Part shown: positions 29,741 through 37,312 of the stretch, piece after piece
How the letters are laid out: every line of letters starts with the position of its first letter
Numbering within the stretch: the first letter of the stretch is position 1
From: a virus
Direction: 5' to 3' (one strand)
Virus record (IMG/VR): IMGVR_UViG_3300045988_147264
Location: 34,422 to 98,421 of that record
DNA length: 64,000 nucleotides
Position numbers and translations under genes: made by a program
The notes under the pieces: generated by a model
What the model was told of the DNA's origin: nothing
Database searches by the model: none
What the model saw: only the letters and a program-made list of their open reading frames with translations

Positions 29741-30172
29741 CTAAAACTCAATCTCTGAAACAAACTTCGGACGACGACGCCCGTTGAGAATCGTACGGAT
29801 CTCAAACACACTCGACCCCTCTGGAATGACGTCATAACTCATATGAACCTTACGCCACGCGTTCCTTGCCATACGATGGTCAACCTTTATACCATCCGGC
29901 ATGAACACCCTTGGAGGCCTGTAAGTGGACAACGCGACCTTGTGCATCATGTTGTCCCTGATCACTATCGGCGTGATGAACGCCTGGACACACAGACCAT
30001 CGTCGTTCCTGATGAAAGTCGGAACCATGCGCTCAAACCTGACACCATGATTCGTCAAACAATTGGCCGTAAAAGCCTCGTCAGAGTTAAACCTCAGTTT
30101 CTTCGCGTAGGCATAAACCTTGCCTACAAAAACCCTGTTCGCAGAACTAACAACACCCATTTTAAAAAACAA
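29741..30172 (-). CDS. hypothetical protein (143 aa)
   Basis: First gene of the minus-strand block, 4-nt gap to the exonuclease. Confidence 0.45.
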   Translation of the reverse strand: MFFKMGVVSSANRVFVGKVYAYAKKLRFNSDEAFTANCLTNHGVRFERMVPTFIRNDDGLCVQAFITPIVIRDNMMHKVALSTYRPPRVFMPDGIKVDHRMARNAWRKVHMSYDVIPEGSSVFEIRTILNGRRRPKFVSEIEF

Positions 30173-30235
30173 GACTTAATGTAATTATACAATACCCTGA
30201 ATACCCAGGAAACCCAATGGGAGAACAGATCGCCT

Positions 30236-30274
30236 AACATTAACATTACCTAAACTTAACTTAACTTAACTTTA
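30236..30274. repeat. microsatellite-like tract (TAACAT)2 ... (TTAAC)3-4
   Basis: Seen directly: taacattaacattacctaaacttaacttaacttaacttta. Confidence 0.6.
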
Positions 30275-31140
30275 TTTAAGTAATTTCGTTAACTATTAAA
30301 CATAATTAGCCCCCCCCGCTACGACCTTGGACGCCTAAAATTAATAGAAACGCTTACAGCAATAGCGGGGCGAGTACTCGCGATCACTCGCCACCCCCGT
30401 TATCCTTGACCGGTAATTCAATCGTCTAGCATATAGCCTTACCGCAACCTAACCATACAGGAATTACAGGCCTGTCTCTCTTTTCCCCATCCGGCAAAAT
30501 GTCATTCCGGGAGAGATAGAATACCAGTATATTATGCATTTTAACCGCCTCAACAGCGGAGCACGCGCGCTTACTTTTCGCAACGCTTCATCAAGGACTG
30601 TTCTCGTTCGTAGGGGTGAAACTCGCCGTAGTTCCTACCCATTTTACATGTTGGCCATGCGGGACACTTGTTTGACGGTGGTTAAAATATTACTACACCA
30701 GCCAGTGACAAGATCGGTTGAAACCCCTGTCTTTAATCCACACCTCATAAGGCTCCGGAAAAGAGTACGCGAAATGACATTAACGCGTCGAACAATGCAA
30801 ATATACAAAATATTTATGAATCCACCAAATAATTATACAAATAATTATATACACCAAACTGAAATTGTTGGGCCATGACCCCAAAATATTATAAAAATTT
30901 TGAAAATTTTTGAAAAAAAATATTTTTATAGAGATAGTCGTTTGGGTGGGATACTCCCTAACAACCCCACCCCGTTGCTCCCGATTGGGGACCCACCCCC
31001 GGGGTGCTTTCGCTTCTCCCCAATCGCTCGCGACTTTACTCACTAGCAATCCCACAATGCTTTTTATCGGCGTGCAACAGTTGCATACCACGAGCGTCAG
31101 CGTTTCGTGCGCGGCTTGCTGGTATGGCTGAATTGCACCA

Positions 31141-31629
31141 TTGACTGCCAAATCATCACTATTTATGGCACGTTTCACATTGGGCAACGCTGGTGCCACT
31201 AAGACCAGCAACGATTTCTACGCAGGCGCAAACGCATTCGGTGCAAAAAGAGTCGAACTTCCTCGCATTCCAATCGATGTCGATGAGACGTCTGGGCTTG
31301 CTGTCTGGAAAATCGCCGGCAACTCCGACAAATCCAAGGGCGCGATAACACCAGATCGTTACTTCGCAATCCTGTCGGGCACCGTGGTCGAGAGAACCCG
31401 CACAACCCGCGACGGCGAAGAATTCATCACCAAAGAGATCGAACTGACCTGCGCGCAGGCTGGAACGGACGACACTCACGGCACCTTCAGGGTAAGCCTG
31501 CGTTGTTCCTCCGAATCTCAACTCGTTGTCGGCGAGAGCGTAGACACAACAAAAATTGAAGCGCTCCCGTTCCTCAATCCGCTCGACAACAAAGTGCGCA
31601 CCTACTACGACGCACCTGCTGCTCAGTAA
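31141..31629 (+). CDS. ORF with foreign (GC3-rich) codon usage inside the GC-rich island; alternative start at 31165 (MARFTLGNAG...)
   Basis: Strong third-position C/G bias (ttc aac acc ggc atc...) unlike the rest of the phage. Protein-like composition. Weak N-terminal resemblance (xTLGNxG) to levivirus coat proteins. The mirror ORF on the minus strand is an expected GC artefact. Confidence 0.35.
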   Translation: MTAKSSLFMARFTLGNAGATKTSNDFYAGANAFGAKRVELPRIPIDVDETSGLAVWKIAGNSDKSKGAITPDRYFAILSGTVVERTRTTRDGEEFITKEIELTCAQAGTDDTHGTFRVSLRCSSESQLVVGESVDTTKIEALPFLNPLDNKVRTYYDAPAAQ

Positions 31630-31780
31630 TACAAACAGCGCCAACACCCGCTCATAACGGCCGGGTCGCGGCGCTTCTCTTTATTGGCGTCAGGGCATCT
31701 TAGACCAACATCTTGGGTGACTTGACGCCTTAGATCATCTCGCGCTACGACATACAGCGCCGGTATATATTATGTATCCA

Positions 31781-31827
31781 ATAGTTTAAGCTATCCATAG
31801 CTTAAGCTAACCGATAGTTTATGCTAT
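31781..31827. repeat. three tandem iteron-like repeats ATAG(T/C)TTA(A/T)GCTA, with related inverted copies at 32002-32031
   Basis: ATAGTTTAAGCTAT / ATAGCTTAAGCTAA / ATAGTTTATGCTAT read directly. Nearby inverted repeat CCAGGAAGACC/GGTCCTCCTGG at 31832 and 31899. AT-rich flank. Confidence 0.5.
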
Positions 31828-32087
31828 CTCTCCAGGAAGACCAACATTTGCGGCCATAGCCTCGCTAAGCCGCACCGTTCATCAAGCCATTCACTTTGGT
31901 CCTCCTGGAAGATTAGTTTAACCACCGGTTGCCTATTGGGCCATTATGTGCCGCGCTGCTACTATAGTATGCATAACTATACCTTATATTATATAGGTAT
32001 ATCTTATGCTATCCATTATTTAAACTATTGGAGAGTTTAAGTTTACTATGGTTTATGTATTATACCGCGAGATGACTTTGAGTGAAC

Positions 32088-32208
32088 CACAAGTAAAACA
32101 ACGCCTCTTTAAAGGTAAATAGACTAACAAACAGCTGACTAGTAACTACGGTGAACGTCCATCTAATAGTCGAAATATCCTTTCTCTTGGCGGTTGTTTT
32201 ACTTGTGG
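32088..32208. repeat. 19-20 bp inverted repeat (CCACAAGTAAAACAACGCC / GGCGGTTGTTTTACTTGTGG) enclosing ~82 nt
   Basis: Seen directly. 19 of 20 positions complementary with one indel. Confidence 0.5.
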
Positions 32209-32394
32209 CATTACTATATTAGACCACACCTAACGCATTGATACTGAGTGTCTTTTCTATCGATGAGATTATTTAATCATTGATAGCTCTGATACTCCCC
32301 CCACAAGCCTTAATGTTTAGGTGTACTAGTATCCTAATACACTCAAAGTAAGACAGTCATTACTCATTTGTCGTGAGATACGTTTGTAGTGCTG

Positions 32395-32514
32395 GGCCAC
32401 ATTGCCTGATTTGGGGTAACACAAGACACATTTTTAACAGAATATACATAAGTTAAGTATTGCGCCAATTATCAAATGTCTTGTGTTTTTATGGTTCGAG
32501 TCCATGTGTGGCCG
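32395..32514 (+). tRNA. tRNA-like gene with ~47-nt insertion in the anticodon loop (anticodon undetermined)
   Basis: Perfect 7-bp acceptor GGCCACA/TGTGGCC, T arm TATGG-TTCGAGT-CCATG, 19-nt D region, anticodon stem ACAAG (32421-25)/CTTGT (32480-84) separated by 54 nt. Confidence 0.4.
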
Positions 32515-32806
32515 CTTATGCGCATGTAATCACATTTTAATTCGACTTTCCATCTGTTTTTGTAATTGAGGTTAGATATTAGTTGTTACTTGCTAAAAAC
32601 AAAAAAAATCCAATGTTCTAAGCATTGGTGATGGCGATAATATGTTTATTGTGAAATAAACATATTGGTAACACTGTGAGGTATTACAGTCATCATGATT
32701 ACATGTGCATATTGTATATTGTGAATCTTTTCTTTAGTTATGTATTAAGTTTTAGTGTTATTGTATCATGCCAAGACATGTCGTGAGATATAATCGAGGC
32801 TGGTTA

Positions 32807-32920
32807 TGGTCATGTAGCTCAGTATGGTTCAGAGCGGCGGCGATGTTAGATTAGTTATGTCAAAAATATTCTGATTGATACAAAGCCCGCAGGTCGCTGG
32901 TTCAAATCCAGCCATGGCCA
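32807..32920 (+). tRNA. tRNA-like gene with ~37-nt insertion in the anticodon loop (anticodon undetermined)
   Basis: Acceptor GGTCATG/CATGGCC (one G-U), D arm GCTC-11nt-GAGC, T arm GCTGG-TTCAAAT-CCAGC. Anticodon stem GCGG(C)/(C)CCGC separated by 44 nt. Confidence 0.45.
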
Positions 32921-33001
32921 CGATGTTGTTTAACATTTTGTAGTAAAACATACATAATTGTTATGATGTTTCGTCGTGAGATGAGGTGTCATAAGATCGA
33001 T

Positions 33002-33073
33002 TGTTGTGTGATGTAATGGTTAGCATAGGAGATTTTGGTTCTTCTCGTAGAGGTTCGAGTCCTCTCACAACAA
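33002..33073 (+). tRNA. tRNA-Gln(TTG)
   Basis: Perfect acceptor TGTTGTG/CACAACA, D stem ATGT/GCAT, anticodon arm GGAGA-TTTTGGT-TCTTC, T arm AGAGG-TTCGAGT-CCTCT, 72 nt. Confidence 0.7.
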
Positions 33074-33132
33074 CAAATCAATCGGGAGGTTGGTTTCCGC
33101 TCAAACAATAATCCATGGATAAAATTGAGCGG

Positions 33133-33204
33133 GAGGCGATAGTTCAGATGGTTAGAATACTCGAGACGCGTTGGGGGAAGTTGGTTCGAGTCCAACTCGC
33201 CTCA
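33133..33204 (+). tRNA. tRNA-like gene with aberrant (2 nt short, non-canonical) anticodon arm; possible pseudo-tRNA
   Basis: Perfect acceptor GAGGCGA/TCGCCTC, D arm GTTC-AGATGGTTA-GAAT, T arm GTTGG-TTCGAGT-CCAAC. Only 20 nt lie between position 26 and the T stem, and no clean 5-bp anticodon stem exists. Confidence 0.35.
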
Positions 33205-33209
33205 CAAAT

Positions 33210-33294
33210 GCCTTGGTGGTGAAATGGTAGACACGAGGGACTTAAAATCCCTTGGACAGAAATGTCCGTATGGGTTCGATTCCCATCTGGGGCA
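33210..33294 (+). tRNA. tRNA-Leu(TAA), long variable arm
   Basis: Anticodon arm AGGGA-CTTAAAA-TCCCT, variable stem-loop TGGACAGAAATGTCCGT, T arm ATGGG-TTCGATT-CCCAT, 85 nt. Confidence 0.7.
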
Positions 33295-33328
33295 CAAAAC
33301 AAATAACATAATGTTTTCTTCCAACATT

Positions 33329-33451
33329 TTAAGGTTAAGCAAGTCAAACCGGACGAGGTTAAAAGACTGGGCACGGAAATGAGTTATGGTCAATACTCAC
33401 ATTAATCAAAATTGTATCGGGCTGTCGAGCCCTGCCATTGCTTAACCTTAA
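33329..33451. repeat. 14-bp perfect inverted repeat (TTAAGGTTAAGCAA / TTGCTTAACCTTAA) flanking a 95-nt segment with an internal GGGCT-gtcg-AGCCC hairpin
   Basis: Seen directly between tRNA-Leu and ORF 33506. Confidence 0.5.
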
Positions 33452-33505
33452 TTTTTGTAGATTAGTACTTAAGAAGTTATAAATTAATATCGTTATATAA
33501 TTGCT

Positions 33506-33934
33506 ATGTGTTGGTTATCTAATAAATTAAAAATAAAGACCGCTAAAAAAGACATTGCTGTTTGGAAAGTTGTCCTTTTTGATAGAAGAAAAGGAATTTA
33601 TGTATCTCCTATTATTAATTATCGTTATATTTTAGGCGTAATTTATAAAGTGGAAATGATTTTTAAAGTAAATAATTATCCTTTAATAGGAGGGCATGAT
33701 GGGTTTCATTCCTTTTCTAATAGAGTATATTACCGTTACTTTAATAACAAAATTCACATATTCAAAAAGCGCATTTTTGCAGAGGATGAACATGTATTTA
33801 ACATTAGTGGTAATGACGGTTTTAACTTTGCAATAGCCAAAGGACGATTACCAAAAGGCACAAAATATGCAATAAATAAAAATGGTGAAATAATCTCATC
33901 TAGTATAGTTATAGATGATTTTATTGATTTGTAG
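33506..33934 (+). CDS. hypothetical protein (142 aa), AT-rich, embedded in the tRNA cluster
   Basis: Only sizeable ORF between the tRNAs. Lys/Ile/Asn-rich. Confidence 0.35.
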   Translation: MCWLSNKLKIKTAKKDIAVWKVVLFDRRKGIYVSPIINYRYILGVIYKVEMIFKVNNYPLIGGHDGFHSFSNRVYYRYFNNKIHIFKKRIFAEDEHVFNISGNDGFNFAIAKGRLPKGTKYAINKNGEIISSSIVIDDFIDL

Positions 33935-33949
33935 CCACAACTTAAAATC

Positions 33950-34022
33950 AGGGCGTTAGTTCAGTGGTTAGAGCACGAAGCTTATACCTTCGGAGTCAGG
34001 GGTTCAAATCCCTTACGCCCTA
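33950..34022 (+). tRNA. tRNA-Ile(TAT) (AUA-decoding)
   Basis: Perfect acceptor AGGGCGT/ACGCCCT, D arm GTTC-AGTGGTTA-GAGC, anticodon arm CGAAG-CTTATAC-CTTCG, T arm AGGGG-TTCAAAT-CCCTT. Confidence 0.7.
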
Positions 34023-34158
34023 CTTATAGATTTTCTTTAGTTCCTGGATCATGGCCAGGCTGTGTTCTTCTGAAAAGAAATTCAAAAAGCTTACAAAAAT
34101 CAAATGTAGGTGGGAACATGGTAGATTAAGTGGAAACGATCTGGAGAAAATCTATTTT

Positions 34159-34355
34159 GATCTCGTAGCTCAGTTGGCAGAGCACAATATTTCAGACAAT
34201 AGTCCAAACCACAAAAACTTAAAGATATAAGGTTCATCCCTTACACTTCTCAGAAATGATGGAGGATAGTTTAATGAAAACATTAAGTTTGCCTATATAA
34301 AAGCAGGTGTGGCAGGTTAATATTGAAGTCGCGGGTTCGATTCCCGTCGGGATCA
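34159..34355 (+). tRNA. tRNA-like gene interrupted by ~124-nt insertion in the anticodon loop; the 5' side loop reads TTTCAGA (candidate anticodon TCA)
   Basis: Acceptor GATCTCG/CGGGATC (one G-U), D arm GCTC-AGTTGGCA-GAGC, anticodon stem CAATA (34185-89)/TATTG (34321-25), T arm GCGGG-TTCGATT-CCCGT. Confidence 0.45.
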
Positions 34356-34619
34356 CACAATATATAAAAATAGTGGATAGGCCTGGAAGTAGCCATTCCT
34401 TAAAGAGTAATTGACCACCCGATCTATTAACGCTCCTTGGTAAAAGAGGAAAACGCAACTTAGTGGGATAAATGGAATAAGAAATGTAATGCACAAATCT
34501 GTATAACAGAGAGCATAAGATTCAATCTTTTACAGAGAAAACTGAAAAGGTAGTTGTATAACATCTTTGTAAGAGATAAATTTATTTTTGGTGTAATAAC
34601 ACGCTATTTTTATTATTTT

Positions 34620-34692
34620 CTTCATGTGGCGAAGTGGCTAACGCGGCGGTCTGCAAAACCGTTATTCGTGGGTTCGAGTCCCACCATGGAGT
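34620..34692 (+). tRNA. tRNA-Cys(GCA)
   Basis: Acceptor CTTCATG/CATGGAG (one G-U), anticodon arm GCGGT-CTGCAAA-ACCGT, T arm GTGGG-TTCGAGT-CCCAC. Confidence 0.65.
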
Positions 34693-34720
34693 CTAAGTTA
34701 AACAAATAAAGACAAACATC

Positions 34721-34990
34721 ATGGACGTAAAAACTTTTAACGAATTCTTTAACGAGCTCGCAAATGAGCAAAAGCGCAACATTGATAATGTTGTTCATTA
34801 CAGATATTCAAACAAGCCGGCAGTTGTAGCTACTGTAGATATGCCGAAAAATGAAAGAGTCCCAAGCTACAGGGTTGTTCGTTTCCTCGAATCCCAAGGA
34901 ATCAAATTTGATTACCTTGCGTACGACAGAGAAAAATGCCGTTACTATGCTATGCTTAATAAAAATAGCTTTGAGAGATGCGAACAGTAG
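34721..34990 (+). CDS. hypothetical protein (89 aa), first gene of the plus-strand module
   Basis: ORF immediately downstream of tRNA-Cys. Confidence 0.45.
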   Translation: MDVKTFNEFFNELANEQKRNIDNVVHYRYSNKPAVVATVDMPKNERVPSYRVVRFLESQGIKFDYLAYDREKCRYYAMLNKNSFERCEQ

Positions 34991-35616
34991 ACAATGCGGT
35001 AGACAATTTTGAACTGATTCGTGGATTCATGCGTTTTGAGTCTACGGATCAGTTTTATTTTCTACAGATTCTTCAACGGAAAAAGGATGGTCCTGGACCA
35101 AACGGCATTGTATATGGCACAAACAATAAAGCCAGAGCAATCAAGAGTTACTGCATAACGTCTGTCGAGATGTTGGATAGAATCTCTATTGAAGTCAAAC
35201 ATTTATGTAAATACTTCAATGCCAGGGCTTATTTTTATCCTGCGAGAAGATCTTTCAAAAAGGTTGCCATGAGGAACATGGTGTTGCTTGCAAACAACAT
35301 TTCTGAAGGTAATTACAACCACGCAAAGACTAATTACTGGTCGGCATGTGGTACCACTGAGATCGAGAAGTTATATTTAGTTGATGTGGATAATGACAAG
35401 TGCGACAAGGGTCGAGTGATTGACATAAACGTGGAAATTGAAACGAATGTAAGATCCGGCGCTTCTGTCGGCCAACGCATAAAACTTTGTGTTCCCACAA
35501 AGAATGGCATTCATTTCATATGTTCGCCGTTTGACGTGGCTTCATTTAAGGAGAAGTATCCAGACATTGATGTACACAAAAGCAATCCTACAATATTATA
35601 TTGTTTAAAAGATTAA
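34978..35616 (+). CDS. hypothetical protein (212 aa)
   Basis: ORF with short overlap, consistent orientation. Confidence 0.5.
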   Translation: MRTVDNAVDNFELIRGFMRFESTDQFYFLQILQRKKDGPGPNGIVYGTNNKARAIKSYCITSVEMLDRISIEVKHLCKYFNARAYFYPARRSFKKVAMRNMVLLANNISEGNYNHAKTNYWSACGTTEIEKLYLVDVDNDKCDKGRVIDINVEIETNVRSGASVGQRIKLCVPTKNGIHFICSPFDVASFKEKYPDIDVHKSNPTILYCLKD

Positions 35617-35620
35617 CATT

Positions 35621-35824
35621 ATGGACATTAAATTTTCAAAGAAATCCATTAAGGACAATGGTTTCATTGTTCTTTATTGGGTACCAAACAACGAGATTGG
35701 GTTTAATCTATTTAAATCTCGGGAAGTCGCGCGAAAATTTGCCCTTGACAAGGTATCGGAAGGTTGCTCTGTAACTACATTCACTAAAGACTGTGAACTA
35801 CAGCCTAAAAGAAGGATTCTGTAA
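35621..35824 (+). CDS. hypothetical protein (67 aa)
   Basis: Compact ORF. Confidence 0.35.
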   Translation: MDIKFSKKSIKDNGFIVLYWVPNNEIGFNLFKSREVARKFALDKVSEGCSVTTFTKDCELQPKRRIL

Positions 35825-35827
35825 ATT

Positions 35828-36028
35828 ATGAAACCATACAGTAATGGCAAAGAATTCTTGCAAGACTCTATGAAACACGGTCCATACATTAAGGATGAAG
35901 TTCATGATTGTTGGAGATTTCCGACGAAAATCGAGAACAACGGTGTATGGCTTGACGATTATAGGTTTTGCAACTATATCGCCTTGTCATCATATTGTTG
36001 GCAAGACGGTAAACGTTGTTGTCGATAA
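35828..36028 (+). CDS. hypothetical Cys/Trp-rich small protein (66 aa)
   Basis: Compact ORF. Confidence 0.35.
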   Translation: MKPYSNGKEFLQDSMKHGPYIKDEVHDCWRFPTKIENNGVWLDDYRFCNYIALSSYCWQDGKRCCR

Positions 36029-36274
36029 TAAATAATACCTGATTAAATGTTGGATGAGAGGCATCCACCATCTAAGGAGTTGATTCATTCCAGAGGGTTG
36101 AGTGTAATCTCAGGTTGGCTATACGTGTATAGCTGACTGTTCCGGCTAGGCTGGCGGAGTTAATAGCCGCACATACGGTGCCTTGAGCATCTGGTGATAA
36201 GCGGGGTGGATAATCATTGAATCATTTGGCGTAACAGCACATAATCAGGTATTTAAATTACGTATTAATCAAAC

Positions 36275-36523
36275 ATGAACACACTAGAACAAGGATTACT
36301 TGTACCCATCAGGTCAGAACTTATAGGGCACAATGCAATATTTTACTCTTTTAGTGGTAAGACAATTGCAGAAAACATTACGGAAGTAGAGCTTGACGGT
36401 TATGGAAAATTCATTAGAATTACGGCCGATAAGATTGTCTATGCTATTCCCGGAACAAGAGCAACACTTGAAACGAATCAACGTCGTTTTCATGTTTCAA
36501 GCAAATATGAAGTAACAAAATAA
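36275..36523 (+). CDS. hypothetical protein (82 aa)
   Basis: ORF. Confidence 0.4.
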   Translation: MNTLEQGLLVPIRSELIGHNAIFYSFSGKTIAENITEVELDGYGKFIRITADKIVYAIPGTRATLETNQRRFHVSSKYEVTK

Positions 36524-36533
36524 TAAACAATAA

Positions 36534-36755
36534 ATGAAAAAGTTTATAATAAAACATAAAACAGACGGTTCCATAATTGGCACGCTTAACACAAAGAAAC
36601 AAGCATCTGACTTTGTCATGAAATTGGTTGAATTAAATAAGATTGACAACATATTCAATGTGGTGTGTGAGGAACAAGACATTGATGATTATCCCCTCAC
36701 TTTCGGCGATGCTTATGCGAAGTTAGACATCACTGGAAGCGCTCTTGAACTGTAA
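36534..36755 (+). CDS. hypothetical protein (73 aa)
   Basis: ORF. Confidence 0.4.
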   Translation: MKKFIIKHKTDGSIIGTLNTKKQASDFVMKLVELNKIDNIFNVVCEEQDIDDYPLTFGDAYAKLDITGSALEL

Positions 36756-37312
36756 GGCGACAATAATCTTGCGAAATCCGCCGTGGCTTTCTATAAACTG
36801 GCTGTCATTGCAAGGGCTTGGAATAAAACTGATGGCTTTACGCCAGATCGTTCCAATATCGAACAGCGAATATATTATCCGTGGTTTGTCTATGAAGAAC
36901 GAGTCAAAAGATTTTATTGAGGAACTTAAAAAGAAATAGTTATGTCTAAAGAAGAGTATGAAGATAATATTACAGCCGCATTTAAAGCAGGCGCAAGATG
37001 GATGCTTGAAAAAGCCTGTGAATACATAAGGAGTCAATATCCAGTTCACTATCAAGAATGGTATGAGTTGGCTGAAAAACGTGTTAAACAATTCAAGAAA
37101 GCAATGGAGGAATAAACATGACAGAAGAAGAGTTAATACAATTTCTAAAAAAGAATTTAGCCGTTGAGGTTTGTCATCCGGAACATAATGTTGGTTATTA
37201 TCACATTGTAAAGGAGCCTGATGAACACAACATCACGGTAAAAATAAAACTATTAGGAAGGACAATTTGCGAAGGCACATCTTGTTCTTAAAACTTAAAG
37301 AAACAAAATAAT

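Noticed and set aside
31141-31629. Calling the GC-rich ORF a levivirus-type coat protein
   Set aside because: The resemblance is limited to a 6-7 residue N-terminal pattern (TLGNxG). That is insufficient without a profile search, so it is kept only as a note within the GC-island finding.
31159-31647. 162-aa minus-strand ORF mirroring the plus-strand ORF in the GC-rich island
   Set aside because: Long ORFs on both strands are expected in GC-rich DNA. This one is Cys/Val/Gly-rich and lacks the third-position codon bias that the plus-strand ORF shows.
33144-33393. Minus-strand ORFs 33144..33374 and 33202..33393
   Set aside because: They overlap the plus-strand tRNA-like, tRNA-Leu and inverted-repeat element. 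They are Cys-rich nonsense, and no other minus-strand genes lie in this region.
32395-34355. Group I introns as the explanation for the tRNA insertions
   Set aside because: The inserts are 37-124 nt. This is far below the minimum size of group I or group II introns, and they encode no homing endonuclease. The cause remains unexplained rather than classified.
34234-34494. Minus-strand 86-aa ORF
   Set aside because: It lies across the interrupted tRNA gene 34159..34355, on the opposite strand from all neighbouring features.
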